Positions 61,474 through 64,000 of a stretch of DNA of 64,000 nt are shown here, piece after piece (position 1 is the first letter of the stretch; each line of letters begins with the position of its first letter). The translations under genes and the position numbers were made by a program. The notes under the pieces are model-generated. The model worked only from the letters and a program-made list of their open reading frames with translations. It was not told the origin of the DNA and made no database searches. This DNA comes from Mobula hypostoma (lineage: Eukaryota), in the NCBI RefSeq assembly GCF_963921235.1, contig NC_086108.1, forward strand, positions 47,742,001 through 47,806,000, read 5' to 3'.

Positions 61474-62610
61474 TTACCAGGAAAGTGGATGAAGGGAAGG
61501 CAGTGGATGTTGTCCACATGGACTTCAGTAAGGCCTTTGACAAGGTCCCGCATGGGAGGTTAGTTAGGAAAATTCAGTTGCTACGTACACATGGAGAGGT
61601 GGTAAATTGGATTAGACATTGGCTCAATGGAAGAAGCCAAAGAGTGGTTGTAGAGAATTGGTTCTCAGAGTGGAGACCTGTGACTAGTGGTGTGCCACAG
61701 GGATCAGTCCATTGTTACTTGTCATCTATATCAATGATCTGGATGATAATGTGGTAAATTAGATCAGCAAATTTGCTGATGATACAAAGATTGGAGGTGG
61801 AGTGGACAGTGAGGAAGGTTTTCAAAGCTTGCAGAGGGACTTGGACCAGCTGGAAAAATGGCAGATGGAGTTTAATACAAACAAGTGTGAGGCATTGCAC
61901 TTTGGAAGGACAAACCAAGGTAGAACATATAGGGAAAATGGTAAGGCACTAAGGAGTGCAGTAGAACAGAGGGATCTGGGAATACAGATACAAAATTCCC
62001 TAAAAGTGGCATCACAGGTAGATTGGAATGTTATGATGAGGTTGTATAAGGCATTGGTGAGGCCGAATCTGGAGTATTGTGTTCAGTTTTGGTCACCAAA
62101 TTACAGGAAGGATATTAATAAGGTTGAAAGAGTGCAGAGAAGGTTTACAAGGATGTTGCCGGGACTTGAGAAACTCAGTTACAGAGAAATGTTGAATAGG
62201 TTAAGTCTTTATTTCCTGGAGCATAGAAAAATGAGGGGAGATTTGATAGAGGTATATAAAATTATGATGGGTATAGATAGAGTGAATGCAAGCAGGCTTT
62301 TTCCAGAGGCAAGGGGAGAAAAAAACCAGAGGACATGGGTTAAGGGTGAGGGGGGAAAAGTTTAAAGGGATCATTAGTGGGGGGGCTTCTTCACACAGAG
62401 AGTGGTGGGAATGTGGAATGAGCTGCCAGTTGAGGTGGTAAATGCGGGTTCTTTTTTAACATTTAAGAATAAATTGGACAGATACATGGATGGGAGGTGT
62501 ATGGAGGGATATGGTCCGTGTGCAGGTCAGTGGGACTAGGCAGAAAATGGTTCAGCACAGCCAAGGGCCAAAAGGCCTGTTTCTGTGCTGTAGTTTTTCT
62601 ATGGTTTCTA
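61474..62610 (+). mobile_element. 5'-truncated CR1 3' fragment
   Basis: ORFs 61485-61757 and 61802-62365 with RT motifs; TTTCTATGGTTTCTA tail. Confidence 0.9.
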
Positions 62611-64000
62611 ATTTGGTAATGATCACAGATCAGCTGATTGATCAAATTGATTCTTGTATCTGCGACATTGTCATAGTGCCTTCAAAGTGCAATGGCCACA
62701 GTGAATGGTTCCTTAGGGCATTTTAAAGCTTTTTGGAGGCAGTTGCATATAAAAACCCCACTCAACAACTTTCTAACCATGGTTCTCCTGTCTTTCAAAT
62801 ACAGAAATGTCACTGGGGTTTCCAGCACATTTTAACTGGTGTAATGGAAGATTGACACTTTCAGGTCAACCAATGTCTCTCAGCATCATATTCCATATGC
62901 TTTATATTCAACATACCAAACCCTTTGTACTTGGATGATTCCACCTTTCCAACACACACCCCAGCCCCAATACAATTAGACAGTTCTATGTCTGACATCA
63001 CCTCTTTTGAGCTGATGTTGAAATGAGGCTGCAAGTTTTGGTCACTATTTTTTGTGTATTGTAACACCACAAACCTTGCTCCTTTATGTGACAGCAGTCC
63101 CCAGCTGGAAGACAACCTTACATTTACCCTTCAACTTTAACAAAGCCTAAGTCAGGTTAACTGGCAGGTCTGGCACATTTACACCATCGCTGAATGCAAA
63201 CATTGATGGAATTTGACACACATCTTACAATAGCAACTGTACATGTTGTCTCTTGTGTTTTACTGAGTATATGCTAGTAAACATTGGGTAGTTTAAAAAA
63301 ATTCTAATGAAAATGCCAGAGTAAACTGTGGTATTAGCTTTGTTAGTAGATGAGGCTCCCCAATATAAACTAATGCTCAATGTTCTGATCGGTCTTTCCA
63401 TATTTAAAAGTGTTGTATTTTACTACAAGGTGGTTCTTGTGTACTATTTCTTAACAGCTTCTGGCTGTATTGTTTTCAAACCATGTTGGTTCCGTAGAAC
63501 TTCATTCAGCTAACCATAACCTTATTAGATTGCTAAGGATATCCTTCGCCGTAGTGTTTTTAAACAGGAATGCAAATGCAAAGCAGAACATATAAAAACA
63601 ACTAAGGGTTTCAATTTGAAGATTAGTGCCTTTGGTTAAGTAAGTAGGTTGATTTTTACTGTCATGTTAAGCCACACTGGTGGCATGGACATGTTTGCAG
63701 GACTTGTACACAGGGAGCAAAAACCATGTCTGTAACACTATCAACACACCATATGTATTCATTGTCTATGTTGTCTAACATTCCACTGGTTCAAATTTCC
63801 CACAATCTCTGGAGAAATCAGTCAAAAACATTTTCCCATTGTCCTTACAGTGCTTTTTGCACAACTTACTTTCCAAGTCTGCTTAAGCATGAGATAAATG
63901 CAGAGATTTGCCAGATTTCAGAAATAAAATGAAAATGATTCAAAAAAAATGAGCAATGTCTGTGAGAACCTGTGTTATCAGACCAACATTCCTTCCCATG

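Overview
Vertebrate intronic DNA dominated by transposable elements; the repeat set (CR1/HER1-type LINEs, Penelope-like elements, V-SINE, Deu-SINE remnants) suggests a cartilaginous fish (inference). A + strand host gene I cannot name contributes about six tiny, phase-compatible exons (705-740, 13615-13693, 14661-14728, 31864-31923, 53239-53322, 53621-53665). Most of the rest is mobile DNA: many CR1 fragments, a near-complete L1/Tx1-type element with intact ORF1 and a second L1 nested in it, four non-autonomous Tigger/pogo copies, an older pogo, two Tc1 elements, Rex1/Babar fragments, a solo LTR and two mini hAT MITEs. The most notable observations are: (1) Penelope-derived insertions with hammerhead ribozyme cores, where short fold-back copies start near the predicted cleavage site and carry 13-bp (once 16-bp) TSDs; (2) a long internal palindrome in the Tigger family whose 20-nt spacer occurs in both orientations; (3) a five-level nested insertion; (4) a diverged direct repeat near the end of the window that may be a decayed tandem-domain coding sequence. 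Family assignments come from motif recognition by eye, and boundaries of old repeats are approximate.
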